A stretch of DNA of 63,246 nt, filler included, from Vannella sp. (GCA_023345925.1; 6 parts of 6 records of this genome joined end to end with filler, not necessarily neighbours in it); one strand, 5' to 3'; shown: positions 49,092 through 60,437, counted from the whole stretch's first letter. Numbers and translations are program-made. Notes: generated by a model not told the origin, from the sequence alone.

Positions 49092-51983
49092 TTAGAACTT
49101 GCTGGAAGCAAAGTCGTTGGCAGCTTGTAACATGGCTTGCAGTTGAGCCTCGGAGACGTCCGTGCAGACACCCTGGGCGCCATCAGGCTTGCCTCCGCCC
49201 TTGCCGTTGGCAGGGACGACGGTGGTGTTCACCCACTCGTTAGAGGGAAGTGTCTGCAAGTTGGCTTTGTTAGTAGCAGCGACCACTGCCACCTTCCCAT
49301 CGCACGGGCTCAAAAGGCAGACGGGGATGTCGTGCGTCTTCTGGATGTTCTTGATAACGGTCTTCACCAAGCTGCAGTTGCTTCCAATCTCCACCTTGGC
49401 AACAAGGAAGGGAGCAGGAGTGGCAGTGAGAGTCTCCACGATCTGCTTTGTGAAGGCGGCAGCGTTGTTCTTGTACTCCTTTTCGACTTCCTTGAGCTGA
49501 GCAGTGGCCTTCTTCTTGGCCTCGCTCAAAGCCTCACGGAAGCGTGACTTCTCACAGTAAGGGAAGAGCTTGTGCGAGTCGAGATCCTTTAAGAGGTCGC
49601 TGGCGGCATTGCTGAGATCATTGCGAGTCTTTCCTTCCAGCGTGGAGTTCAGCTTGGCCTCAAACTCAGCAGCTGTCTTCAGGGCCTCTTCAGCGTCGGT
49701 ACCAGTGAGGCAGACGATGCGACGGACTCCCTTAGCGATGGCGTCCTCGCTAATGGTGGTGAAGCTTCGCGCCAAACCGCTGGAAGCGATGTGTGTGCCT
49801 CCGCAGAACTCAATGGCATAGTTGGCCCACTCAGGGTTGCTGGGATTGGCCAACAAGTCCTCCACGGACACACCAACCGACACCACACGAACGGGATCAG
49901 GATAAGCCTCTCCAAACATCATGCGAGCACCATTGATGCGCTTGGCATCCTCCAAAGGCACCTCCTTATCGAAGAGCTTAAGGTCCTTGGCAATGGCATC
50001 ACGTACGCCCTGATCCATCTGCGCCAACTCCTCCCCGCTGACGGGCTTGGAGTGGGAGAAGTCGAAGCGGAATCGGGACTCTAAGACGAGCGAGCCTTGT
50101 TGATCAACGTGATCACCAAGCACCTGGCGAAGAGACAGGTTGCAGAGATGCGTGGAGGTGTGGTTGTTCATGATGGGAGAGCGGCGCTCAGCACTGATGG
50201 TCAATGTCATCGTCTCTCCGATCTTGACGGAGCCTTTGGGGGTTCCGTAGTGCACCACAAAGCCTCCATAGGTCTGAACGGACTCGACTTGGAGGGTGAA
50301 CTCGCCGCCTTGGACAACGCCAGTGTCGTAGATCTGTCCTCCTTGCTCGGCGTAGAAGGGTGTCTTGGCGAAGACGAGACCGACGTGGTTGGAAGGGTTC
50401 TCAGCATCAGGAGACTCTTCAACCTCCGTGTAGAAGGAGCGGTCAAGGTACTCGAAGAATCCCTTTCGGCGACCAGCCCAGATCGCCACCAGCTCGGATT
50501 GGAGGGCTTCTGGATGGTATTTGGTGGTGTCGTCAGTTGTAGCAATGCCTTGCTCGACTAGCTCTGCCACAGCCTCACCGTGAAGGGCAAGGAGATCCAT
50601 CTTCTTGGCTCCCTCAGCAACAACACCAGCGTTGTCTGCCATGGCTTGCTTGTGAGCAGCCTTATCAACCTGGAAGCCTCGGGCGAGAGCTTTCTGACGG
50701 GTCAGATCGAAGGGGAAGCCATAGGTATGGAAGAGCTTGGCACTCTCCACTCCGGGGATAACGAATCCGGGCTTCTGATCCTTTGTGATGCGATCGAACC
50801 GCTTGAGACCAAGGCGGAGAGTGCGACCAAACTGGTTCTCCTCATCCGCGATGACGGCAACGACCTTGTCCACGTTCTCCTTGAGAGAAGGGAACGCGTC
50901 GCCCATTAGCTCCACAACGAAGGGAGCCAACTGACTGAAGAAGCCACTGTCTGCAGTGACCCCCAGCTTCTCCACAGCAGAGCACACAGCACGACGGATG
51001 ATGCGTCGGAGCACGTAACCTCGTCCCACGTTACTGGGAAGCACTCCGTCAGAGATAGCCAACGTGATAGTTCGAATGTGGTCCGCTACGATGCGGTAGG
51101 AAGTGTCACGGCCAGAGACATCCTCCTCGTAGTACTTGCCGACATAAGCGGGGGCTTTGGTGATCTCCTGGATACGTCCAAAGAGGCGATCGAACAGGTC
51201 GATCTCGTAGTTGGTCTTCTTGTCTTGGAGGATAGACACGAGACGCTCCAAACCCATTCCTGTATCGATGTGGCAGGCGGGGAGCTTCTTCAGAGGACCC
51301 TTCTCTTCCTCACGGACATACTCCATGAAGACCAGGTTCCAGATCTCAATCACCAGTGGGTCGTCCTCGTTGACGCGTGATTTGCCGTAGCCGTCGCCCA
51401 CCTTGTCGTAGTGGATCTCAGAGCAAGGGCCGCAAGGTCCTGTGGCTCCCATCTCCCAGAAGTTGTCCTTTGCGTTGGCAGAGAGGATGCGCTCTTGGGG
51501 AACGTACTTGAGCCACTCTTCGTGGGCTTCTGTGTCTGCAGCCAAGCCAAGGGACTCGTCGCCAGCAAAGTAGGTGACATAAAGACGCTCTGGATTGAGC
51601 TTGTACACCTCCGTGAGCAGTTCCCAAGCCCATTTGATGCACTCCTTCTTGAAGTAGTCACCAAAGGACCAGGAGCCCAACATCTCGAACATGGTGTGGT
51701 GATAGCTATCGCGCCCGACGTCTTCCAAGTCGTTGTGCTTTCCTCCAGCGCGGATACACTTCTGGCTGTTAGCAGCTCGCTTGAGAGTAGCAAACTCGTG
51801 AGAGGGATCGATGGTACCCAGGAAGATGGGCTTGAATTGGTTCATCCCAGCATTCGCGAAGAGCAAAGTGTTATCCTGAGGCAAATAGACCCCCGAGGAA
51901 GGCACGAAGGTGTGCTCCTTCTTCTCAAAGAACTCCACAAACGTTGAGCGAACCTTATCAATCGTCCAAGTCGTCTCGCTCAT
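49092..51983 (-). CDS. AARS: Alanyl-tRNA synthetase (eukaryotic cytosolic type), intronless
   Basis: LLFANAGMNQFKPIF, NSQKCIRAGGKHNDL, IDTGMGLERL, editing HTSTH and EFCGGTH, GKGGGK. Alternative in-frame ATG at 52040. Confidence 0.98.
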   Translation of the reverse strand: MSETTWTIDKVRSTFVEFFEKKEHTFVPSSGVYLPQDNTLLFANAGMNQFKPIFLGTIDPSHEFATLKRAANSQKCIRAGGKHNDLEDVGRDSYHHTMFEMLGSWSFGDYFKKECIKWAWELLTEVYKLNPERLYVTYFAGDESLGLAADTEAHEEWLKYVPQERILSANAKDNFWEMGATGPCGPCSEIHYDKVGDGYGKSRVNEDDPLVIEIWNLVFMEYVREEEKGPLKKLPACHIDTGMGLERLVSILQDKKTNYEIDLFDRLFGRIQEITKAPAYVGKYYEEDVSGRDTSYRIVADHIRTITLAISDGVLPSNVGRGYVLRRIIRRAVCSAVEKLGVTADSGFFSQLAPFVVELMGDAFPSLKENVDKVVAVIADEENQFGRTLRLGLKRFDRITKDQKPGFVIPGVESAKLFHTYGFPFDLTRQKALARGFQVDKAAHKQAMADNAGVVAEGAKKMDLLALHGEAVAELVEQGIATTDDTTKYHPEALQSELVAIWAGRRKGFFEYLDRSFYTEVEESPDAENPSNHVGLVFAKTPFYAEQGGQIYDTGVVQGGEFTLQVESVQTYGGFVVHYGTPKGSVKIGETMTLTISAERRSPIMNNHTSTHLCNLSLRQVLGDHVDQQGSLVLESRFRFDFSHSKPVSGEELAQMDQGVRDAIAKDLKLFDKEVPLEDAKRINGARMMFGEAYPDPVRVVSVGVSVEDLLANPSNPEWANYAIEFCGGTHIASSGLARSFTTISEDAIAKGVRRIVCLTGTDAEEALKTAAEFEAKLNSTLEGKTRNDLSNAASDLLKDLDSHKLFPYCEKSRFREALSEAKKKATAQLKEVEKEYKNNAAAFTKQIVETLTATPAPFLVAKVEIGSNCSLVKTVIKNIQKTHDIPVCLLSPCDGKVAVVAATNKANLQTLPSNEWVNTTVVPANGKGGGKPDGAQGVCTDVSEAQLQAMLQAANDFASSKF

Positions 51984-52135
51984 GCGTGTAGGAGGCAACT
52001 GACCTCCCCTCGCCCTGAGCCAATCCCTTTCCGTTGCCATGGCAACGCCATTCTCATTTCACCCTTCACTGCCAATACGAAAAAAATGAAGGCTCAGCGA
52101 AATGGCTTTATAAGATGGAAGGCTCTGCAAATTAA

Positions 52136-52795
52136 TTAGCGGCGTTTGTCTTGGTACATCTCATCAATGGTGACGGTGAGCATGACAATGAAGGCGGCGT
52201 CGACGTTGGGTGCAATGTGGCACTCGTAGCTGTCCTTCCCGAGGACGTTGCGAAGATTCAAGGTTCTCCTTTGGACTTTGGCGACGGTTAGACCTTTGCT
52301 GTCTGTGAACAGAAGGTTCTTGGAGCGCCAGTTGCCCTTCATAATGAGGTCAGGAGACCTATTAATGTGTTTGCTCGAGTTGATGTTTTTGAAAGGGACT
52401 GGCTCGGGCAGAATCCAGCAGCTTACCTTGGCGGAGAGTTGCACGAAGCTTGTTTTGCCAACAATCGCTCGAACGCATTTGTTGCTGTCGATGAGAATCA
52501 TCTGCTCATGAAGAGAGAGTAACTTGGCCTTCAAGTTTCCAATTGGTTTGCCGGCAGAGTCCAACAGAACCTTCTTCCCTCGCAGGCTCAAGACTTTACC
52601 TTCCATAGAGAAGTGGAGGACTTCTTTTTCATCGACAGCCCGGAAATCGTCTCCAGAAAAGGAGCGCAAGTTCTCTGTGAGGAAGAGGAGTTGCCCTTGA
52701 GGATGGCAGAAACGGGAGTCGAAGACCACCAATGGATTGTCCACTGGCAAGTTGGTGAGAGTAGCACTCTCGAATTGCCCGTTTGAGTTTCCCAT
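52136..52795 (-). CDS. LURP-one-related (Tubby C-terminal-like) protein, copy 1
   Basis: SFSGDDF, GKVLSLRGKKVLLD, GKDSYECHIAPNVDAAFIV; MGN start. Confidence 0.88.
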   Translation of the reverse strand: MGNSNGQFESATLTNLPVDNPLVVFDSRFCHPQGQLLFLTENLRSFSGDDFRAVDEKEVLHFSMEGKVLSLRGKKVLLDSAGKPIGNLKAKLLSLHEQMILIDSNKCVRAIVGKTSFVQLSAKVSCWILPEPVPFKNINSSKHINRSPDLIMKGNWRSKNLLFTDSKGLTVAKVQRRTLNLRNVLGKDSYECHIAPNVDAAFIVMLTVTIDEMYQDKRR

Positions 52796-53411
52796 GAGTG
52801 ATGTTGACAGCACAACCTTTGGAGACAATGTTATTCAACGCCCAAAATGATTGCTTTCTAACGAAAGGCTGTCGTATCCCCCCCCATCGTTTCCCCTTCC
52901 TTCATTTCGAATCTCCCATTTCTCACATTGATGGATTGATTGATAAGATCCGGACCAACCAAGCTCAAGTATTGTTTAGAAGAAAGAATGTTTCACTTCT
53001 TCTTTCTCAGCTCTTCTTCGTTGTCTTCTCGGTGTTATCTCGTCTATGTTTAACTCCAGCAGCATTGTTTAAGAGAAGAGGCGAGAAAGAGTGTAGACCC
53101 AGCGACCTCCGATCGAGATCTGCCAGATTATGGCAAATAACAGTCCACAAGATCGGAGGGAGATGGGGAACACTTCTTTGCTGCTCCAAAAATCGACTTC
53201 ATAGCCAAGGCCCATCAGATTGAGGGGATAAACAGCAGGCTCTTGAATCCGTGACCAAGAGATACTGTGATTCACTTACTCCGAAGGTTAGACTGGCATT
53301 TCTTTGGGTTCATACAAAGCTCCTTCTAGGATGACAGTCTCTGTTCATTCTGTTCTGAGAAGATACCTCCCAGTTGGCCAAACTTGTCTGTAACGGCTTT
53401 TAGTTACAAAT

Positions 53412-54075
53412 TTAGCGGCGTTTGTCTTGGTACATTTCGTCAATAGTGACGGCGAGCATGACAATGAAGGCTGTGTCGACGTTGGGGGCAATGTGGCACT
53501 CGTAGGTGTCTTTCCCGAGGAAGTTGCGGAGATTCAGGGTTCTCCTTTGGACTTTGGCGATGGTGCGACCAAGGCAGTCTGTGAAGAGAAGGTTCTTGGA
53601 GCGCCAGTTGCCCGTCAAAACGATGTCAGGAGCCCTCTGAATGTGATTGTTTGACTCCATGCTGTCGAAAGGGACCGGCGTGGGCATAATCCAGCAGCTT
53701 ACGTCGGCGTAGAACTTCGGAAAGAAGCTTGTTCTGCGGAAAATCGCTCTGACGCAGTTGCTGTTATCAACGAGAAACATCTGCCCATGAAGGGAGAAGT
53801 ACTTTGACTTGATGCTTCCAATTGCTTTGCCTGCGTAGTCCAACAAAACCTTCTTCTCCCGCAGACTGAAAACTTTCCCTTCCATAGAGAAGTGGAGTAC
53901 TTCTCGTTCATCGACAGCACGAAAGTCGTCTCCAGAAAAGGAGAGGAAGCTCTCTGTGAGGGTGAGGACTTGTCCGTGGGGATTGCAATAACGGGAGTCG
54001 AAGACCACCAACGGTTTGTTTGGTGCCAAGGCAGTGAGATTTGTCCTCGCGTATTGTTCATTTGTGTTCCCCATA
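53412..54075 (-). CDS. LURP-one-related protein, copy 2 (tandem paralog)
   Basis: Colinear with copy 1, identical C-terminus IDEMYQDKRR; true start MGNTNEQY. Confidence 0.88.
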
Positions 54076-54291
54076 AGGTGCAGAGTTGTGTCAGGTGATG
54101 GCGAATGAACTCCACCACGACGAACCAAAACTCCCTCCCAATTCGTTTTCCAGGAAATGCAATTTGGAAAGTTCAACGGACAACCTATTGTGGGATAAAG
54201 CTTGCAGTGGGAGCGAGAAGTAGGTTGAGAAGATACTTCCCACTTCCGAGAACCATCGTAAAGTGGGCCAGCGCTCGAATACAGGGGAGCG

Positions 54292-54878
54292 ATGACGAAA
54301 GTGAAATGTGTTGCGGTGGGAGACGTGGGGGTGGGAAGACCAGTCTTTTGTACACTCTCAGATACAGTAGCTTTCCGGATGAGAACTCCTATCACAGATT
54401 CGGCACGTACGGCCCGGTTCACGTCGAGGGCGATGGCCAGACCTTCGAGTTGGAGGTGTGGGACACTCAGGGGCACGAGGATTATGACCATCTTCGGCCC
54501 CTTACTTACCCTCAAACGCAGGTCTTCTTGGCCTGCTTCTCTGTCATGGATGGCGCTTCTTTTGAGCACATCAGGACCAAATGGGCCCCAGAGATCGCCC
54601 TCTTGTGTCCAAACACTCCCATCCTCTTAGTGGGGACCAAGCTGGACTTAGTGGACAACGAAGAGGCTTTAGAAAGTCTCGCAGAGAGGAGGATGGTTCC
54701 CGTTCAGTCACATCAAGGCCAAGAACTCGCCAGAGACATCAACGCATCGCTATTCTTGGAATGTTCTGCTTTAAGTGGAGCTGGGCTCACTGAACTTCTT
54801 TATCAGGCCGCTCTTGCTTCAAGCAGACCAGTCTCAACACCCACTCAAAGTGGAATTAGAGAGTGTCTTCTCTCCTGA
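54292..54878 (+). pseudogene. Divergent Rho/Rac-like GTPase with a 1-nt frameshift in the P-loop
   Basis: MTKVKCVAVGDVGVG in one frame and KTSLL...WDTQGHEDYDHLRPLTYPQT...TKLD...ECSA...CLLS in another; junction GTGGGAAGACC at ~54331-54341. Confidence 0.8.
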
Positions 54879-55080
54879 GGCAGGGAACGAATGAATCTCG
54901 ATAGGTTTAGTGCAATGTGGCCAACTAGGGGCAAGACAGCCATCCTATTGATACTCTAAAGAGAGCTTTGGTGCTGATGAACGCACTTTTGGGTTGAATT
55001 GAGATGTGGGAGTGGCCAATTGAGTTCACTGGCGACTTGCAAGTGGACAGGAACCCTCGTTTTTAGACTTCTATTGATGA

Positions 55081-55839
55081 CTAGGGTGAGTCAGGCACAA
55101 GGGTTCTTGCTCTCTTCCGAAGAGGTTCTTCCCCGAGAGGACTTTGAGGGTCTTTTGGGGTGAGAGATCGGGTTCTCTTCTTTCTCGGCCCTTCTCTGCC
55201 CTGGATGGCTCGAAAAAGAGCTTTTTGGTGCTCGTCTTCCACCCGTAACTCCTCCAGTAACTCCAATCGTCGAGACATTTCTGTGTCTCTCACGGTAGAA
55301 GCCTGTTCTACACCTAATGGACCATTGTGTTCCAGATGGGGTCCTTCCTGTTGCGTAGAGAGGCGCTTGAAAGAGAAAGGGGACAGAATCTGTCGTACTC
55401 CACCATCAGAGGCAAGAGGAAGGACGTTATCAGCGTGTTTGGCACGTATTTCCTCTCTGATTTGGTCTCGAGTTGGAATGGACTCCGCAGGGACGACCTT
55501 GAGAAGGTGAGGGAGGTTGAGAGCTTCGATTTGCCGTTTCTTCAGCTCGACTTGGTCGCATGCTTGGGACACAGCACCCCACGAGGTAACCAGCTCATCC
55601 AAGGCTTCTGTGGATGTACCTGTAACATGCATGATCCATTCAGAAGCCACCACAGCGAGTCCATGCAAAGCACAAGGCCGAAGAGAGCGATACTGCAAGT
55701 GCGGCGTCGCCTCCACAATCTTGCCCGCTAAAGTATGCAACACCGAGTGCAAAGCAGGCTCTGTCAACAACTCATCCAGAGAGTCTCCCTCTTGAAGCCT
55801 CATTCTCTCCTCCATCCTCAGCCGCTTCACTGGAGGCAT
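55081..55839 (-). CDS. Hypothetical nuclear protein
   Basis: About 250-aa ORF with NLS-like PRKKRTR and LRKRAR; divergent from RECQL4. Confidence 0.65.
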   Translation of the reverse strand: MPPVKRLRMEERMRLQEGDSLDELLTEPALHSVLHTLAGKIVEATPHLQYRSLRPCALHGLAVVASEWIMHVTGTSTEALDELVTSWGAVSQACDQVELKKRQIEALNLPHLLKVVPAESIPTRDQIREEIRAKHADNVLPLASDGGVRQILSPFSFKRLSTQQEGPHLEHNGPLGVEQASTVRDTEMSRRLELLEELRVEDEHQKALFRAIQGREGPRKKRTRSLTPKDPQSPLGEEPLRKRARTLVPDSP

Positions 55840-55928
55840 CCCCCCTCGCTGCCACACCAAAGAATACTCATTTAACTGATCCGCAAAGAAGGTGAGGAAG
55901 TTCTCTGATCTAGCCTTTGTGAAAGGGA

Positions 55929-55962
55929 GTCACGTGACCTGGTTGTAAAAAGGGCGGGAAAA
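55929..55962. promoter_or_regulatory. E-box GTCACGTGAC plus E2F-like site GGCGGGAAAA in a bidirectional promoter
   Basis: Motifs at 55929-55938 and 55953-55962, about 30-65 bp upstream of the RECQL4 ATG. Confidence 0.5.
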
Positions 55963-55992
55963 GGGGCTCGCGTTCATTTGCTGGGCGACGGG

Positions 55993-58900
55993 ATGTCGGT
56001 GGGGTTGTTGAAGGTGGAGCTGAAAGATTGGGAGCAAGCGTTTGTGGAGGAGTACCGGAGGAAGCCAACAAAGAATGACATCCGCAGTAGGAAGGAGATC
56101 TGTTCGTAATCGTTGAACTCGGTTGGGAGGTTGATTGACTGACCATGAGTAGATGCAAAGTACATGCTCTACAACAGGCTACAGAAGAAGGAGAAGGAAA
56201 GCCGCGATCCGTTGAAGGACGCTTCGAATATGCTTCCGCGACCTGGAAACGTAAAAGAGTTCAAGTTCAATCCAGAAGACCAATCTAACCTATCTCCGCC
56301 GCCTGTATCACCTCCACAAGCTCCTACATGCGAAGAGTCCTTCCTTGTGGGGTACTTTGCTGTCTCTGCTCCAGTACAGCCGCGGCACAGCCGAAAATCA
56401 CTATTTCCTGGCTTATCTAGCCAGTCCTTCTGTCTTGAAGGAATTCAAAGCGAAACAGAACCATCGAGGAGTCTAGAGAGGGCTCCAAAGGTACCAGCAC
56501 ATGAGGAAGTAGCCCCAAAAGAGCCAGTCCAATCCCCATTGGGGGAAGTAGGTGCTCCACAGAGCTATCCAGAGGACGGGGTTACCGCTAATCACTTTCT
56601 TTTCAAGACTACGAGGTCCTTTAACGGACTAAGCCAGGACCAAATGGCTGAGCTTCGAAAGCAAATGCATTCAAACGAGGAGGAATCCATCCCAGCCAAA
56701 CTTGAAGCGGGAAAGAAGCGCTTGGCATTGGATATTGGATCATCGCAGCGTTCTCCATCCGAAGAGCCTCAAAAGAAACGAAGGAAGCTCGAAAAGGCGG
56801 AAACAATGCCACCTTTAGGGACTGGCACCTTCCAATGGGGATCGACTGCTTCTTCAAGTGTGGCTTCCTTTTCGAATGAAGCTACCTACAATGGTGGAGG
56901 AAAGCGAGAGAACTACAAAAAGCTGAACCTTCGCAAAGGGAAACGCAACGCAGGAGCTGCCCGTGGAAGGGGCGTTAAAGGAAGTTCCAAAGCTATGCGA
57001 CTGGCCACTGACCACAAAGAGCTTCAGCCTGATGATCCTGATGCACTTGAAGACGCATTAGAGAGCGATCCTTCTGCGCCATCAGTTCAGCCTGAGACGG
57101 ATGAAGAAGAAGAGATTCTCTGTGACTTGGAGGATTCTAGTGAGTGTGAAACAGAGGATTTGGACATGGAAATGCAGCAAATCCTCACTCAAGAAGAGGA
57201 GGAGGCTCAGGAACAGCAGATTCTTGAGTTGCTGAAACAGAATTTTGGATACTCTTCCTTCCGTGGAGGCCAGAAGGAGGCGATCATGCGGATAGTCCAG
57301 CGCCAATCCACCTTAGTTTGCATTCCAACTGGTTCCGGAAAGTCTCTGATTTACCAATTACCGGCTTTAATGGCTCCCGCTGGCTCCATAGTTTTGGTGA
57401 TTTCGCCGCTTCTCTCATTAATCAATGACCAGCTTAAACAGTTACCAAGTTGCCTGACTGGTGCCACTATCAACAGCTCACAATCTGTAAGTGACCTGAA
57501 TTGATTCCAAACCTTCTTTCTGCCTTCTTTCTCATTCTTGATCTTAGAGGAAGCAAATCGATGGAGTTTACCATGCAATTAAAGCTGGGCGAGTCAAGGT
57601 CCTCTTTATCTCTCCAGAGAAGTTGATGTCTCACGACTTCCAACGTCGGATTGACTCCCGTACTGCGGATGGATTGGGCGTTCAAATCCACTTTGCCTGT
57701 ATTGACGAGGCGCATTGTATCTCTCAATGGTCTCACAACTTCCGCCCATCTTATCTCCGAATCAGTTCCATTCTCCGACGCAAATTGCAAGTCAATTGCA
57801 TCTTGGCTTTATCAGCTACTTGCACGACAAGTACGCGCAATTCCATCTGCGAAGTCCTCTCTATTCGCCCAGACAATGTGATTCTCCAATCACCAGTGCG
57901 GAGTAACTTGTCCTTGTCAGTGTCCTCTGACCGTGATAAGTACACAGGACTCTTACAATTGCTGCAATCTCCTCAATATGAAGGGATGGGCTCAATCATC
58001 ATCTATTGCATGTTCCAGCAGGACACAGAGCACCTTGCATCCTTCCTTCAGTCCAAACAATTCGATGCCCTTCCATATCACGCCGGAAAATCTTTCGCCG
58101 ACCGGAAGAGCGTTCAGCATCTCTTCATGTCAAACAAGCTTCGGATTGTTGTTGCCACAGTTGCTTTCGGTATGGGAGTGGATAAGAGTGACGTTCGTGC
58201 AGTAATTCACTTCTCTATGCCTCGAAGTGTCGAAGCTTATGTGCAGGAAGTTGGCCGCGCCGGGCGAGACAACTTACCCGCTCAAGGTCACCTCTTCCTT
58301 GACAATGACGACCTCATCCGTTCTTACAAGCTCTGCTTTGCGGACCAAATTGACCGCTCAACTATCAAAAGGCTGGTTATGCGCCTTTTCACTCCTCCAA
58401 GTCACTCGAGCTCTGATTCTCAAAGTTCAAGAGCTTACTACATTAGCTTGCCTCAGGAAGAGATAGGAGAGGAGTTTGACGTGAAGAAGGAAGTACTTGA
58501 CACCCTTTTGACCTATTTGCAACTTCCTTCCTCTCCCGTTGGGGATCGATTCCGGCTGTTGCCGCCCACAAGTTGTCTTTGTTCCATCCAATTCCACTCT
58601 ACTGAACCCCAGGTGCTCGCGCGCAGGTATCAAATCATCCAAGCGGTGCAAACGTACGCCTCCAAGTCGGCCAAGTAAGTCACTTAGTCACTTGGGAGTC
58701 TCTGGCTAACAAAAAGGCCAGTGGAAAGTGGCAATGTGACCTCAGCAAGGTGGCAAACTTTGTTTCCAAGCCTCTATCAGATGTACGAGAGGAGCTGTCT
58801 CGATTACAGACAATGGAAGAAATCTCTTACGAAATGGACGAACAGCCATGCGCACTCGCCCGCATCACCAACGCACCGGATGCTACTTGCATAGATGCGA

Positions 58901-59394
58901 CTATTGACCAACTGTACGAGAAGATGGAAGCTCTCCAACACACAAAAGTGACAAAGTTGTTCTCTATGTACCGCATTTCGCGCTATGCCGCCTTCACAAC
59001 TGTGTCAGAAGCCCTGACTAAGTCATCCTTGGTACAATTAGAGCAAGACCGCGAGTTGGACTACCAAATTGAACGCTATTTCCGTGAGCAAGACAGCGCC
59101 TACTTGGAACAGGCTCTTCAATTTCCTGACTGGCCCATCTTGGACCCTCGGCAACCAACAGTGGCAACGAAGCTGCACTATCTACGTGGGGACATCGCCC
59201 AAATGCTCTCTCTGGAGAGGGAGATTGTTCAGAGCGGGCTCATTGGGGCGCGCCTACTGCACGGACTGTCTTCTCCCAAGTACCCAGCGGACCGCTTCTT
59301 CCATCACAAGTTCTGGGGAGCGTACAGTCATGTGGACTTCTTCCAGTTAGTCCAAATGGTGAACCAGGCCCTGGTGGCCTTCCAACGGCAATAA
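55993..59394 (+). CDS. RECQL4: RECQL4-type helicase with N-terminal Sld2-like domain, 4 exons
   Basis: Exon 1 LKVELKDWEQAFVEEYRRKPTKNDI; PTGSGKSLIYQLPA, IDEAHCISQWSHNFRPSY, ATVAFGMG, QEVGRAGRD, ARLLHGLSSPKYPA...FWG. Confidence 0.93.
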
Positions 59395-59416
59395 AAGGTG
59401 ACGGCATTCAAAGCAC

Positions 59417-60264
59417 TTAGAAGTGGCGGACTCTGTTAAGTGCATAGAGAGAGTCGATGCTGTAAAGCATCTGCTGGGCCTTGGCAGCACATTGAGAGTT
59501 GAGGTTGTTCCCCAAGCGGTCAAGGATGGAGTTCTGTTAGCAGAGATGAGATGGGCGCTGTTTGAGTGGTACATGGGAGCGAGCTTACTCGAACGAGAGT
59601 GTCTAGACGCTCTACTTGGTTGCGGAACTGCTCTTGGTCGATGATATTGACGGGCGACTTTCCCAGTTTCTCATAGACCTGGCCCATCAAGTCACAGACC
59701 ATAAAGATCGTCTCTGTATACGACAGGGAGAATGGCTACGTCCCATGGCAAGTCAACACCTGGGTGACGAGCTCAGACACAAAGGAAAGCTCACCAACTT
59801 CACTGGATTGAGGTCAGGAAGATCTCCAGTGTACTCCACAGACTTCTCTAAGAACTTGGTGATCTATATCAAGATAAGACTCCATCCAAAGGGAGCGGGC
59901 GAGGCCAGACCTTATCAACAGAGGACTTGTAGCGCATGTCGGCATTCATGTACTCGAAGATGCCCACCAAACGCTCCACAAAGGGCTCGATGTCCATGTC
60001 CAAAGAGTCTCCAATAGCCATCCCCAAGGGCAGCCAGCGTCCGGCTCTGTATCCTCATCAGAACCTCCCAAACTCAACCAAACTGGCTCACCCTTGTCCC
60101 ACAGTCAGATCATCCGCCTCCAAGCGGAGAATGTTCATCCAGTGGGGAGCAGCCTCTCCCTCCACACCATGCGCTCTAGACAAGTATGAAAAGTTGTAAA
60201 CACGCTTGCGAATGAGCTCTTGAAAGGCCGCCCGCCACTTCGCCTCGCCTTCCTTCAAAGCCAT
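59417..60264 (-). CDS. Hypothetical helical protein, about 6 short exons
   Basis: Exons read MALKEGEAKWRAAFQELIRK, ...EPFVERLVGIFEYMNADMRYK..., VCDLMGQVYEKLGK..., LYSIDSLYALNRVRHF*, separated by ~50-bp GT-AG introns. Confidence 0.65.
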
Positions 60265-60300
60265 CAAATTATGATTTATTCCTCATTTCAGCATGATTTT

Positions 60301-60437
60301 CCCATTCCATTCAACTCGCCATCGATTTTGGGCATTTCTGAGGACAGAAATGTTGCGGACCATCAGAGTGCTTTCGGCAGCCAAAGGCGAAGCATTCAAG
60401 TGCAGATAGGGCGCGATGGGGAGTTGAATGGAATGGG
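60301..60437. repeat. 24-bp inverted repeat (1 mismatch) bounding a 137-bp element
   Basis: CCCATTCCATTCAACTCGCCATCG (60301-60324) versus CGATGGGGAGTTGAATGGAATGGG (60414-60437). Confidence 0.8.

Noticed and set aside
53412..54878. 385-aa (-) and 257-aa (+) overlapping ORFs as a bidirectional coding overlap
   Set aside because: The extensions come from non-ATG starts; paralog comparison puts the real starts at 54075 (-) and 54292 (+).
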